A stretch of 64,000 bases of DNA. Origin: Candidatus Latescibacterota bacterium. GTDB taxonomy: Bacteria; Latescibacterota; UBA2968; UBA8231. The notes beneath the pieces were generated by a model that was not told where the DNA came from, searched no databases, and saw only the letters and a program-made list of their open reading frames with translations. Within the stretch, counting starts at the first letter, position 1. Each line of letters opens with the position of its first letter. Shown in pieces: positions 52,408-61,531 of the stretch. The stretch covers positions 5,455,427 through 5,519,426 of the forward strand of contig CBDETK010000013.1 of the NCBI GenBank assembly GCA_965242865.1, given 5' to 3'. A program made the position numbers and the translations under genes.

Positions 52408-53832
52408 ATGACGCCTCCCAACATTCTCTGGATCTGCACGGATCAGCAACGCTACGACACCATCGGCGCACTCGGTTATACCCACGTCGATACGCCGCAT
52501 GTCGATCGGCTGGTCGCCGAGGGCGTGGCCTTTACTCGCGCCTATTGTCAAAGCCCGATCTGCACGCCGAGCCGGGCGAGTTTTCTCACTGGCCAGTACG
52601 CCAGCGCCGTCCACATCAATGGCAATGGCCTCGATAGTTTTCCCGGGCACCCGCCGCTGGTCACGCGGCTGTTGGCCGAGGCCGGGTACGACTGCGGGCT
52701 GATTGGCAAGCTGCACTTGGCCAGCGCCCATCGCCGCATTGAGCCGCGCGTCAACGACGGGTATCGCTATTGGGAATACAGCCACGCGCCCCGCGACGAC
52801 TGGCCGCAGGGGCACGGCTATGCCGATTGGGTGCGGGAAAAGGGGGAAGTTTTAGGCGAGTTGATGAAGCAATATCCCTGCGGATTGCCGGCCGAATTCC
52901 ACCAGACGACGTGGTGCGCCGAGAAGACCATTGAGTTTATGAGCCAAAAGCGCGATGGCCCTTGGCTGGCCAGCGTCAATATCTACGACCCCCACCCGCC
53001 GTTCAATCCGCCGCAGAGCTACCGCGACCGCTTTGACCCAGCGACCATGCCCGGGCCGCTGTTTGCCGACAGCGACTTGGCGCAGCAGGAAAAGCTAGCG
53101 GCGATTGACTTCCAGTCCAAGGGGCGGCGGCCCGACCAACTCGACATCCGCGACCCCTTGCACCAAGACCGCCCGACGCCCGGGGCGGACGCGCACGTGT
53201 TGCAGGCGGCGTACTGCGCGATGATCAAGCAAATTGACGACCAAGTGGGCCGGATGCTGGCCGCGCTCGAAGACGCGGGCCAGCGCGACAATACCGTGGT
53301 GATTTTTACCTCTGACCACGGCGAAATGCTCGGCGACCACGGGCTGATCCAAAAGGGGTGCCGCTTTTACGAGGGCTTGGTGCGGGTGCCGCTGATTTTT
53401 TCTTGGCCGGGGCACTTTGAGCAGGGCTTGGTGCGCGGCGATCTGGTCGAGCTGACCGATAAAGCACCGACGCTGCTGGAGCTAGCCGGGCTGGAGGTGC
53501 CGGAGCGGATGACCGGCCGCTCGCTCGGGCCGATTTTGCGCGGCGAAAGCGCGGCCCCACACCGCGACTTCGTCCGTTGCGAGTACTACGACGCGTTGGC
53601 CGCGCCCGATGGCACCTTTGCCACCATGTACCGCGACGAGCGCTACAAGTTGGTGCTCTACCACGGGCACGGTTTGGGCGAGCTATACGACTTGGACGAA
53701 GACCCCGGCGAGTTCGAGAACATGTGGGATGAGCCGCAAGCGCAGCCGCTCAAGCTGGAACTGATGCAAAAGAGCTTCGACGCTTCGATGCTGGCGATGG
53801 ACCGGGGGCCCCGGCGCGTCGGGCCGATGTGA
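52408..53832 (+). CDS. sulfatase (formylglycine-dependent, arylsulfatase-like)
   Basis: 'PNILWICTDQQRYD' and 'SPICTPSRASFLTGQY' (C-x-P-x-R formylglycine motif), plus 'FTSDHGEMLGDHG'. The ATG at 52408 has AGGAG upstream. Confidence 0.9.
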   Translation: MTPPNILWICTDQQRYDTIGALGYTHVDTPHVDRLVAEGVAFTRAYCQSPICTPSRASFLTGQYASAVHINGNGLDSFPGHPPLVTRLLAEAGYDCGLIGKLHLASAHRRIEPRVNDGYRYWEYSHAPRDDWPQGHGYADWVREKGEVLGELMKQYPCGLPAEFHQTTWCAEKTIEFMSQKRDGPWLASVNIYDPHPPFNPPQSYRDRFDPATMPGPLFADSDLAQQEKLAAIDFQSKGRRPDQLDIRDPLHQDRPTPGADAHVLQAAYCAMIKQIDDQVGRMLAALEDAGQRDNTVVIFTSDHGEMLGDHGLIQKGCRFYEGLVRVPLIFSWPGHFEQGLVRGDLVELTDKAPTLLELAGLEVPERMTGRSLGPILRGESAAPHRDFVRCEYYDALAAPDGTFATMYRDERYKLVLYHGHGLGELYDLDEDPGEFENMWDEPQAQPLKLELMQKSFDASMLAMDRGPRRVGPM

Positions 53833-54650
53833 TGGAGCGGCAGCAGCGGGTGACGCGGCGGCCAATCTGGCGCTTCCGCGAGGCAGCCCAAGCGGCCGCA
53901 GACGACTTGGTAACGGTTGAGGAGCCGCTGGAGATCCGCGTGGACGAGACGCCGATCGCAGTGGTCATGCGCACCCCGCGCCACGACTTTGAGCTCGCGG
54001 CCGGTTTTTTGTGTACCGAGGGACTGATCCAAACGCCGCAGGACTTGGGCGCGATCTCGTATTGCACGGCCGCGGAACCGCCCAACGAGGAGAATATCGT
54101 CGAGGTCAAGCTGGCCGCGGGCGTGGGCTTTGATCGGCAGCGGCTCCAGCGCAACTTTTACGCCTCGTCGAGTTGCGGAGTCTGCGGCAAGGCCAGCATT
54201 GAGGCCATCGCCGGCGAGGCCCCCGCGCTGACGGAAAACTTTACCGTGCCGCTGGCCGTGCTCTACGGCCTCGGCGACCGCATGCGCCAAGCACAGGACG
54301 TATTTGAGCAAACCGGCTCCCTGCACGCTGCGGCCCTGTTTGATCGGGCGGGCGACTTGCTCGTTTTGCGCGAGGACGTGGGCCGGCACAACGCGGTTGA
54401 CAAGCTCATCGGCCACTACGCGCTGCGCAACGAGCCGGTGCCAGCCCAGAGCGTGCTAATGGTCAGCGGCCGCACCAGCTTTGAGATCGTGCAAAAGGCG
54501 TGGATGGCCGGGATTGCGGTGGTCGCCGCGGTATCCGCGCCGTCGAGCTTGGCGGTGGATCTGGCGCGGGAATCGGGGATGACGCTGGTGGGGTTTTTGC
54601 GCGGGCGCGGGTTCAATGTGTATGCGGGGGGCGAGCGAATTGCTGCGTAG
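53832..54650 (+). CDS. fdhD: formate dehydrogenase accessory sulfurtransferase FdhD
   Basis: 'SSCGVCGKASIE' and 'GRHNAVDKLIG' are signature blocks. The start (GTG 53829 or ATG 53832) overlaps the sulfatase stop. Confidence 0.88.
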   Translation: MERQQRVTRRPIWRFREAAQAAADDLVTVEEPLEIRVDETPIAVVMRTPRHDFELAAGFLCTEGLIQTPQDLGAISYCTAAEPPNEENIVEVKLAAGVGFDRQRLQRNFYASSSCGVCGKASIEAIAGEAPALTENFTVPLAVLYGLGDRMRQAQDVFEQTGSLHAAALFDRAGDLLVLREDVGRHNAVDKLIGHYALRNEPVPAQSVLMVSGRTSFEIVQKAWMAGIAVVAAVSAPSSLAVDLARESGMTLVGFLRGRGFNVYAGGERIAA

Positions 54651-54758
54651 GAGCGGGGGTTTCCCTATATCCTTCCCGTGCGCGATCGACCTCCGAATGC
54701 TTGAGGGGCGGGGCGCACCAAGCATCGTCGTTTAATTTTTTACGTAAAGGAGAGGACC

Positions 54759-55631
54759 ATGCCCAAGAGAAATCAGGCCAAAAGACCGCAACTCAAACTC
54801 TGCGCCGCGGCGTGGACGTTGACCAACTACCCGTCTGAAGCCAAGCCGTGGTCCATGGACCGCAAGGTCCGTGCGGCTAAGGACGCTGGCTTTGTCGGAT
54901 TTAGCGCGGGGGCCGATCCCGAGATCGCCGAGGCTTGCGCCAAGCACGGGCTACAGCTCGTCGGCGGGGTCGATGTAGCCACGGCAGAAGAGGCCGCCCC
55001 GAAACTAGCGGCCTTTAAGGAAGCGGGTGCCGAGCACGTCAATGTCCAGCTCTGCGACCACGACACGGCCATCCCCAAGGCGGTGACGGTGGCGCGGGCG
55101 GTGATGAAGGCGGGCGCCGCACTCGGGATCAAGCCGGCGATTGAATGGCACCGCGACACCTGCACTGAGACGCCGGAGAAGGGGCTAGTGCTGGCCGCGC
55201 AGTACGAGAAACGCTACGAGGAAAAGTTGCGCACCAATTTTGACCACTCGCATCCGGCGATCATTAAGCAGCTGCGGCCGGCCAACTTCTGGGAGCGCAT
55301 CGCCGAATACCGCCCGGACCTGCTCAACATGAGCGAGTTGATTCACTTCCGCACCTTTACCGGCAGCCATTGCCAGACGCCGGTCACCAATGGCCGCGGC
55401 GCACTGGACGCGGATTTTATCACTTGGCGCGACCACTTTCTCGAGCACTTGCTCTATCACTGGATTAAGGGCCAGCGCGGCGGCACCACGCTATGGGCGG
55501 TCGTCGAATTGGGGCCGAAGGGTTCGGGCTACGCGCTCGATTGTTTCCCGGACGTATGGAAGGACGCGATCGTCGCCCGCGACGAGATCGACAAGGCGTT
55601 CAAGGGGGCGTTGAGAAAAGCGAAGAAGTAG
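54759..55631 (+). CDS. hypothetical enzyme, possibly a xylose-isomerase-like TIM-barrel protein
   Basis: 290-aa ORF with host-like composition and a GGAGAGGA RBS. The fold assignment is a weak impression only. Confidence 0.5.
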   Translation: MPKRNQAKRPQLKLCAAAWTLTNYPSEAKPWSMDRKVRAAKDAGFVGFSAGADPEIAEACAKHGLQLVGGVDVATAEEAAPKLAAFKEAGAEHVNVQLCDHDTAIPKAVTVARAVMKAGAALGIKPAIEWHRDTCTETPEKGLVLAAQYEKRYEEKLRTNFDHSHPAIIKQLRPANFWERIAEYRPDLLNMSELIHFRTFTGSHCQTPVTNGRGALDADFITWRDHFLEHLLYHWIKGQRGGTTLWAVVELGPKGSGYALDCFPDVWKDAIVARDEIDKAFKGALRKAKK

Positions 55632-55747
55632 CGTTTGACTTAGAGCCTATACGAAAATCATCTGAGGTCGAGTTCAAATCGTTTGACTGGATTCCCGCTG
55701 TTGCGAGAATGACGGGTGCTGTCTCTACGGCTTGTAGGTGCTAGGCG

Positions 55748-57115
55748 TTAATACACCCGCACCACAGTCCCCCGCTCGGCCGCAAGCCGCTCGGCTACGG
55801 CTTCTTGGGTCACCGGATTTTCCGGCCACTCCTCCGGGGCCACGTGCGACAGCCGCAACAACAAGCGCGCGAGCTGCCCGACGTATTCCTTTAACTCCCG
55901 CACATTGAGCTTGTCGGCGGTGTCGGCTGGCTCGTGGTGGTAGTTGGAATCGGCGTGGCGACCGCTAAAGCGCCAGCGCCACAAATGCGCCGCGTCAATG
56001 CCCGCGCGCAAAAAGGGGAAATGGTCTGAAGTCGCGTCGAGTTGGGACATTACGTGGCACTTCAGCCCATCGCCCATCGCGTCGAGCTGCGCCTGCACCA
56101 AGCCGCGCAAATGCCCAAACCCCAGCACCACCCCCTTGATCGGCCCGGTCGATAGCTCGTCGAGATTGATCGCCAGTCGCGGCTTTTCGCCGCCGAGTTG
56201 CCGCACGTATTCGCTCGACCCTTGGAACGTCTGCTCCTCGGCACTATACGTCGCAAAGCACAGGCTCATGCCCGGCTCAACCCCGAGCGCCGCTTTCAGT
56301 CCGGCCAATACGCGGGCGGTCTCCAGCACCGCAATGGTCCCCGAGGCATTGTCGTTGCCCCCTGGGGCGTCGTACACCGTGTCGTGGTGCCCGCCCAACA
56401 CCAGCCGCTCTTGGGGCCAGCGCGTCCCGGGCAGCGAGGCGACTACGTTGTGCGCGGATGCTCGGTAAAATCGGCTCTCGACGGCGAGCTTGAGCGGCCG
56501 GCCCTCGTCGGCCCACTTTTGCAACAAGGCCCCGTGTTCCCGCGAGGTCGTCACCGTTGGCATGGTCAACTCAGCGGTCTCTGGCTCGCGCCAATCCCCG
56601 CCGTTGTGGTACTCCACGCGCCGCCCATCCTTTGGATCAATCGCTACCACCGCCACCGCGCCGGCGTCGCCCAGTGCTTTGAGCCGCACATTGGGGGGAG
56701 AAGGCGCGGTAAAAGGCTCCAGCGCTAGGTGCATTACGGCGATGCTCCCGTTGAGCTGGCCGCGCACCCGGTCGATTTCGTGCGCCGTGCCGTATCCGGC
56801 GTGGACTATTGGGGCTTGGAGGTCGCACGGTGGACAGCGGTTATAGGGCAAGAGGTCGATTTTTACGCCCCCCACCGTGGCCTCGGCCCGGTTGTACGCC
56901 CAAGTATTCAGCGCAAACTCCTTTAGCGCCGCATCGGCCAGTCCGGCCTGTGCAAACTGCTCCCGCAGGTATGCTACCGCTTGGTACTCCTCGGCCGAAG
57001 AAGCCCAGCGCGGCCCGATTTGCTCGCACAACACTTCTACGTGCGTGCCGATCTGCGAGCCGGTCCAAGCCTCGCCAAAAATCCAGCGGTCAATTGCTCG
57101 CCAATTCAGTTCCAT
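55748..57115 (-). CDS. M28-family zinc aminopeptidase with PA domain
   Basis: 'LVLGGHHDTV', 'GGNDNASGTIAVLE', 'FATYSAEEQTFQGS' and 'SDHFPF' are the M28 metal-ligand blocks. Confidence 0.85.
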   Translation of the reverse strand: MELNWRAIDRWIFGEAWTGSQIGTHVEVLCEQIGPRWASSAEEYQAVAYLREQFAQAGLADAALKEFALNTWAYNRAEATVGGVKIDLLPYNRCPPCDLQAPIVHAGYGTAHEIDRVRGQLNGSIAVMHLALEPFTAPSPPNVRLKALGDAGAVAVVAIDPKDGRRVEYHNGGDWREPETAELTMPTVTTSREHGALLQKWADEGRPLKLAVESRFYRASAHNVVASLPGTRWPQERLVLGGHHDTVYDAPGGNDNASGTIAVLETARVLAGLKAALGVEPGMSLCFATYSAEEQTFQGSSEYVRQLGGEKPRLAINLDELSTGPIKGVVLGFGHLRGLVQAQLDAMGDGLKCHVMSQLDATSDHFPFLRAGIDAAHLWRWRFSGRHADSNYHHEPADTADKLNVRELKEYVGQLARLLLRLSHVAPEEWPENPVTQEAVAERLAAERGTVVRVY

Positions 57116-57240
57116 CGCGTCCCTTTCTCGAAGTTGACCATTCCTCTATGCGTCCCCGTAGGATAGGCAAATGTTGTTGCTCGACCAAAGGGGCGTTAGA
57201 TTCCCCCCACAATGGACCCTTAAAAAGTTAGGTGCCGCCG

Positions 57241-59826
57241 ATGAATAGCCCGAAACTTCTCTCGCGTCTCGTGGTGGCCAGCGCAGCGCTGTGGGCCAAT
57301 GGGGCCGAGGATTTGCTGGCTCAAGCAGGCCATCGGATCGACCGCCGTGCCAACCAAGTCGTCGTCGAAGCCGACCACTGGCAACGCTGGGAATTTGCGC
57401 CCGGTACGATTGAGGTTTCCCCGCTCGGGGAGGTGCGGCCCAATCGCGTCCGCAAAAACACCAATGCCGCGCTGGACATCGTCGATTTTCTGCGCCACAA
57501 CCCGCCCGATTACCTCTCCAAGAAAGAGCCTGAAGCCATCGCCCTCCTCGACGCCATTCAGGGCGGGTCCAACCGCGCTGGCGTCGTCGCAGCCCTAGAC
57601 GGCGACTTGACCACGTACTGGGAGCCTGATCCGGTTGCGGAGCACGTAGATATGTCGTCTCAGTGGTGGTTTACCGTGGATTTGGGGCGCGTCGTTTTTA
57701 TCGACAAAATCGCGTTAAAATTCGTCGAGGAGGGCATGGGCGATCCCTTTCTTTTGTTTGACGTGCTCGTGTCGGACGGGCAGAAGCCCGTACAGGCCAT
57801 TGGCGGGTCGAGCCTCGAGTTCTTTCCGGTGCTCCAGACGCTAAAGCCCAACAAAAGCCAGCGAACCTTTGCGGTCGAGCTCGACCCCGTGGGGCTCGAC
57901 CAGCGCCGGGCCGTGGCCCGCTTTGTCCAAGTGGTCGTGCAGGCCAGCGATTTTGGTCGCGGCCGAGAAGTATCCCCAGCCGAGTACGATCAGTTGCCGG
58001 CTGAAGACCGCGGAATCGTCGAGTATCGCAAGCGTCAAGTGGATGGGCGGGAGATCGCGGTCAAACGGGAAGTGTACGAGGCCCTCGATCCCCAGCGGCA
58101 GGGGGCGATCCGCTACTTTCGGCGCGAGCGGCCCCGGTTGGCCGAACTCGAAGTGTGGACCCAAGGCGACGACTTGGCCAGCGGGGCCCTGCGACGCAAT
58201 GGGTCCATTTCTACTACGGTGCCCGGCAGCATCAATCCCCAGTTGATGATCGACGGCGATGTGACCAGCGTAGAGGGGCTGTCCCTGTTCAACATTGAGA
58301 ATCGGTTGGAAGACGAGTTGTTCATCGACTTGGGCTCGTTCTTTTGGATTCACAGCCACCGGATGAGTTTCACCGAGTACACGCTTGGGAACTACCGCTT
58401 GGAGTTTTCGGACGGTTCGCGGGAAGTAGATGGGGGCCTCAAGTGGACTACGGCCATGCGGCGCGAGCAAGTAAAGCGGGGCGTGGCCGGGGCCCTCAAC
58501 GTCGATGGCAATGACTTCGATCCAATAAAGGGGCGCTTTTTTCGCTTGGTGTTTGAAGTAGAACACGTGCGCCTGCCCAACCGAAGCGCGAGCCGGTTGA
58601 GCGAGATACAACTGTTTGGCGAGGGGTTTTTGCCAGAGGTGCAGCTCGAGTCCGACCTGATCCGGTTGGGGGGCAGCCGCAACTTGGTCGCCCTCGAATG
58701 GGACGCACACGCGCCTTCCGGCACTGAGGTGCAGCTTCAGACGCGCACCGGCGACACCTTGGGCGAGATTTTGCACTACTTCAAAAAGGATGGGACCGAA
58801 ATCTCCGAAACGGCCTACAACAAGCTGTTGAGCATTTTTCGCGGCGAGATCGTGGCCGAGGAAGTCGCCGGCGCAGACTGGGAGCCGTGGAGTACACCCT
58901 ACGACGACCCGGCAGGCAGCCCTATCACTTCGCCGTCGCCGCGGGAGTTTCTCAAGGTGCGGGCGACCTTGCGCTCGGCCTCGCCCGATGTGGCGGCGAG
59001 TTTGTCCGGGCTGCGGCTGCGCTTTGCCGAGCCGGTGGCGCGCCGGCTCTTGGGTGAGGTGGTGCCCAGTCAGGTGGAGCGGTTGGGAGTCGAGGCGCCT
59101 TTTGCGGTGTATGTGCGACCCGAGTTTGACCCCGGGGATGGCGGGTTCAACGAGTTGTTGTTGGAAGCACCGGCGGGCATGGAACTGACATATAGGGAGT
59201 TGTTGGGAAGTGCGGACGGGGCGGATTTTTCCCCATTGGCCGCGGCGGTGCTAGCCGCTAGCGCAGACCGGGTGCATTTGTCCTTTGCTCCGTTGGGGCC
59301 GGAGAGCGAGGTAGCGGTGTTGCGGATCGACTTTGCGGGGCGGCTGTTTTCTCGGGGGGGGCCGCTTAAAGTGCAACTGCGCCGCGGAGAAGATGGCGAG
59401 GGAATCTGGCAGCGCGTCGATCGCGGGGAAGCGGTGGAAACCGTGGGCCGCAATCGGCTGTTGGTGGTGGGGCAGCCGCACCAGCACTCGATTTTTGCGG
59501 ATTTGGCGATCGAGCCAGCGGTATTGACGCCGAATGGGGATGGGGTCAACGACGCGGTGGCATTGCGCTTTTCAGTGGTGTTGGTGGAAGGGAGTCCGCG
59601 GGTTGAGGCCACGATCTACGATTTGGAGGGCCGCTTGGTGCACCAACTGGGCGAGCAGCGCGATTTTGCCGCGGGGATGTACGAACTGAGGTGGGACGGA
59701 CGGGACGAACAGGGAACCCTCGCGCCGCCGGGGGTGTACCTAATCCACCTGCGGCTGGACGCCAACACGTCGGGCGCGGACCTGCGGCGGGAAGAATTGG
59801 TCCGCACCCTAGTCGTGGCCTATTAA
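57241..59826 (+). CDS. large secreted protein with discoidin-like region(s) and a C-terminal 'TPNGDGVND' beta-sandwich domain
   Basis: Signal peptide follows the ATG at 57241. The C-terminus 'LTPNGDGVNDAVALRF...IYDLEGRLVHQL...WDGRDEQG..APPGVYLIHL' resembles FlgD-Ig / CHU_C-type terminal domains. Confidence 0.7.
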   Translation: MNSPKLLSRLVVASAALWANGAEDLLAQAGHRIDRRANQVVVEADHWQRWEFAPGTIEVSPLGEVRPNRVRKNTNAALDIVDFLRHNPPDYLSKKEPEAIALLDAIQGGSNRAGVVAALDGDLTTYWEPDPVAEHVDMSSQWWFTVDLGRVVFIDKIALKFVEEGMGDPFLLFDVLVSDGQKPVQAIGGSSLEFFPVLQTLKPNKSQRTFAVELDPVGLDQRRAVARFVQVVVQASDFGRGREVSPAEYDQLPAEDRGIVEYRKRQVDGREIAVKREVYEALDPQRQGAIRYFRRERPRLAELEVWTQGDDLASGALRRNGSISTTVPGSINPQLMIDGDVTSVEGLSLFNIENRLEDELFIDLGSFFWIHSHRMSFTEYTLGNYRLEFSDGSREVDGGLKWTTAMRREQVKRGVAGALNVDGNDFDPIKGRFFRLVFEVEHVRLPNRSASRLSEIQLFGEGFLPEVQLESDLIRLGGSRNLVALEWDAHAPSGTEVQLQTRTGDTLGEILHYFKKDGTEISETAYNKLLSIFRGEIVAEEVAGADWEPWSTPYDDPAGSPITSPSPREFLKVRATLRSASPDVAASLSGLRLRFAEPVARRLLGEVVPSQVERLGVEAPFAVYVRPEFDPGDGGFNELLLEAPAGMELTYRELLGSADGADFSPLAAAVLAASADRVHLSFAPLGPESEVAVLRIDFAGRLFSRGGPLKVQLRRGEDGEGIWQRVDRGEAVETVGRNRLLVVGQPHQHSIFADLAIEPAVLTPNGDGVNDAVALRFSVVLVEGSPRVEATIYDLEGRLVHQLGEQRDFAAGMYELRWDGRDEQGTLAPPGVYLIHLRLDANTSGADLRREELVRTLVVAY

Positions 59827-61308
59827 AAGCTGCTGGCCCCGCGCTCGATGCTTTTGACTCTCTTCGCCCAGCCCGAGCGCTTCGCAGGCATCGCCTAAGT
59901 AGAGGTGGCCGCGCCCGTCTTCGGGGTCTAACTCGACAAAGCGTTGGTAGGCCCTGCGGGCCGCGGCAAAGTCCCCGAGCTGGGCATGGGCCACCCCGAG
60001 GTTGAAGTGGGCTTTGGCGTATTGGGGGGCGAGGCTGGTGGCGCGGGCAAAAAGTCGCGCGGCTTCCTTGAAGCGGCGTTGCTGGGCGGCGATCAACCCG
60101 AGCATGTAGGGCGGCTCGACGAGGGCGGAGTCGAGTTGGGCGGCTTGGGCAAAGGTCTGGGCCGCCCTTTCGAGGAATCCCGCCTGATAGTGAGCGTGGC
60201 CTAGATGCACGTGTAGAACCGGGTTTTCCGGCACTAGCTCGATGGCCCGCTCAAAGTGCCGGGCCGCCTGTTTTTGTCGGCCCTGCTCGGCGAGGAGGAG
60301 GCCGAGGCCGATGTGGGCGTCTTGGTGATCCGGGTTGATTGCGACCGTGCGCTGAAACTCCAACAAGGCTTGGTCCATTTCGCCGACCATCCGGTGCTTC
60401 AAGCCCATGTTGTAGTGATCGCGCGCCGAGCCAATGGGGAGCGATTGGTGCGTCGGCCGGGAGATTTCCGAGTGCAACCCCCGATGCTGCTGGCGCAGGC
60501 TTTCCGAGCGCGCCATTTCCCGCTTGCCCGCTTCGCCGCGGCCTAGGCGGAGATAGACGTTGCCGAGGTTGAGGCGGAGCTTGGGCGAGTTGGGGTTGAG
60601 TTCGGTGGCCTTGAGGAGGGCGCGCAAAGCCGCTTCATTGTCGCCGCTGTCGCGCTGGGCCAGCCCCAAGAGAAAGTGCGCTTCGGCGTCTTGCGGGTCG
60701 AAGCGCACCGCTTTTTTGAACGCGCTGGCCGCCTCAGCCGGGAACCCCTTTTCGCGGTGGATTTTGCCCAATTTCTTGTGGGCTGGGGCCAAGGTGGAAT
60801 CGGCCGCCAAGGCCGCAGTGTACGCGGCTTGGGCCTGATTTACCTCTTGGCGATAGCCGTGTAGTAAGCCCAAGTTGTAGTGCGCGGTTGCGCGGTGGGG
60901 ATCGAGCGCGATCGATTGCTCAAAGGCGGCCCGTGCGGCTTGGACATCGCGGTGCTGGTTTGGGCTATACGCTCGGGCGGTGTAGCGGGCCGTGTGGACG
61001 ATGCCGAGGATTTCGTACAACTCGGCGCGCGTGTGGTTGGTTTGCGGCGCGAGTTCAATCGCGTGTTCGATGGCGCGCAGGGCTTGGGGAAATTGGCCCA
61101 AGGCCAGATAAGAACGGGCGAGATAGTGGTGGACCTCGTAATCGTCGGCGCGGGAAGCCAGGGCTTTGTGAAAGGCGACGATGGCTTCGCCGTAGCGTTC
61201 CTGAGCAAAGGCGTACATTCCGGCGCGGACCAAGGGGTCGCGCTCCTTGGGGGTACAGGCACAGAGGAGACAAAGGGCGACCCCAAGCCAAGACTGAAAG
61301 CGGGCCAT
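59809..61308 (-). CDS. TPR-repeat lipoprotein
   Basis: The ATG at 61308 gives 'MARFQSWLGVALCLLCAC' (lipobox). Many TPR units follow (..YNLGLLH.., ..HFLLGLAQ.., ..LNLGNVYLRLG..). The longer track start is upstream of the signal peptide. Confidence 0.8.
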   Translation of the reverse strand: MARFQSWLGVALCLLCACTPKERDPLVRAGMYAFAQERYGEAIVAFHKALASRADDYEVHHYLARSYLALGQFPQALRAIEHAIELAPQTNHTRAELYEILGIVHTARYTARAYSPNQHRDVQAARAAFEQSIALDPHRATAHYNLGLLHGYRQEVNQAQAAYTAALAADSTLAPAHKKLGKIHREKGFPAEAASAFKKAVRFDPQDAEAHFLLGLAQRDSGDNEAALRALLKATELNPNSPKLRLNLGNVYLRLGRGEAGKREMARSESLRQQHRGLHSEISRPTHQSLPIGSARDHYNMGLKHRMVGEMDQALLEFQRTVAINPDHQDAHIGLGLLLAEQGRQKQAARHFERAIELVPENPVLHVHLGHAHYQAGFLERAAQTFAQAAQLDSALVEPPYMLGLIAAQQRRFKEAARLFARATSLAPQYAKAHFNLGVAHAQLGDFAAARRAYQRFVELDPEDGRGHLYLGDACEALGLGEESQKHRARGQQLLIGHD

Positions 61309-61531
61309 GGTGCGTCTTTCTAAGGATCGAGGGCATCTTGTCCTCGATCCCGGACGTAGCGGAAACAGCAGAAAAGGCATACGCAAAGTAAGTGTCGCGT
61401 ACTTATGATATGAGAAGAGACGCCCTATTGTCCATCTTGAAGCCAACCGCCCCTAGCTGGGTTGCGTTGCTGGATTTTGGTTGCTGGGTCTTTTCGTATT
61501 TCCTACCGTTACTTGCCTTGCAGAGGAAGCC

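Noticed and set aside
55632-55747. Short direct repeat CGTTTGACT occurring twice (about 55632 and 55679) in the convergent spacer.
   Set aside because: It is only 9 nt, with no dyad symmetry or associated promoter. It is most likely chance.
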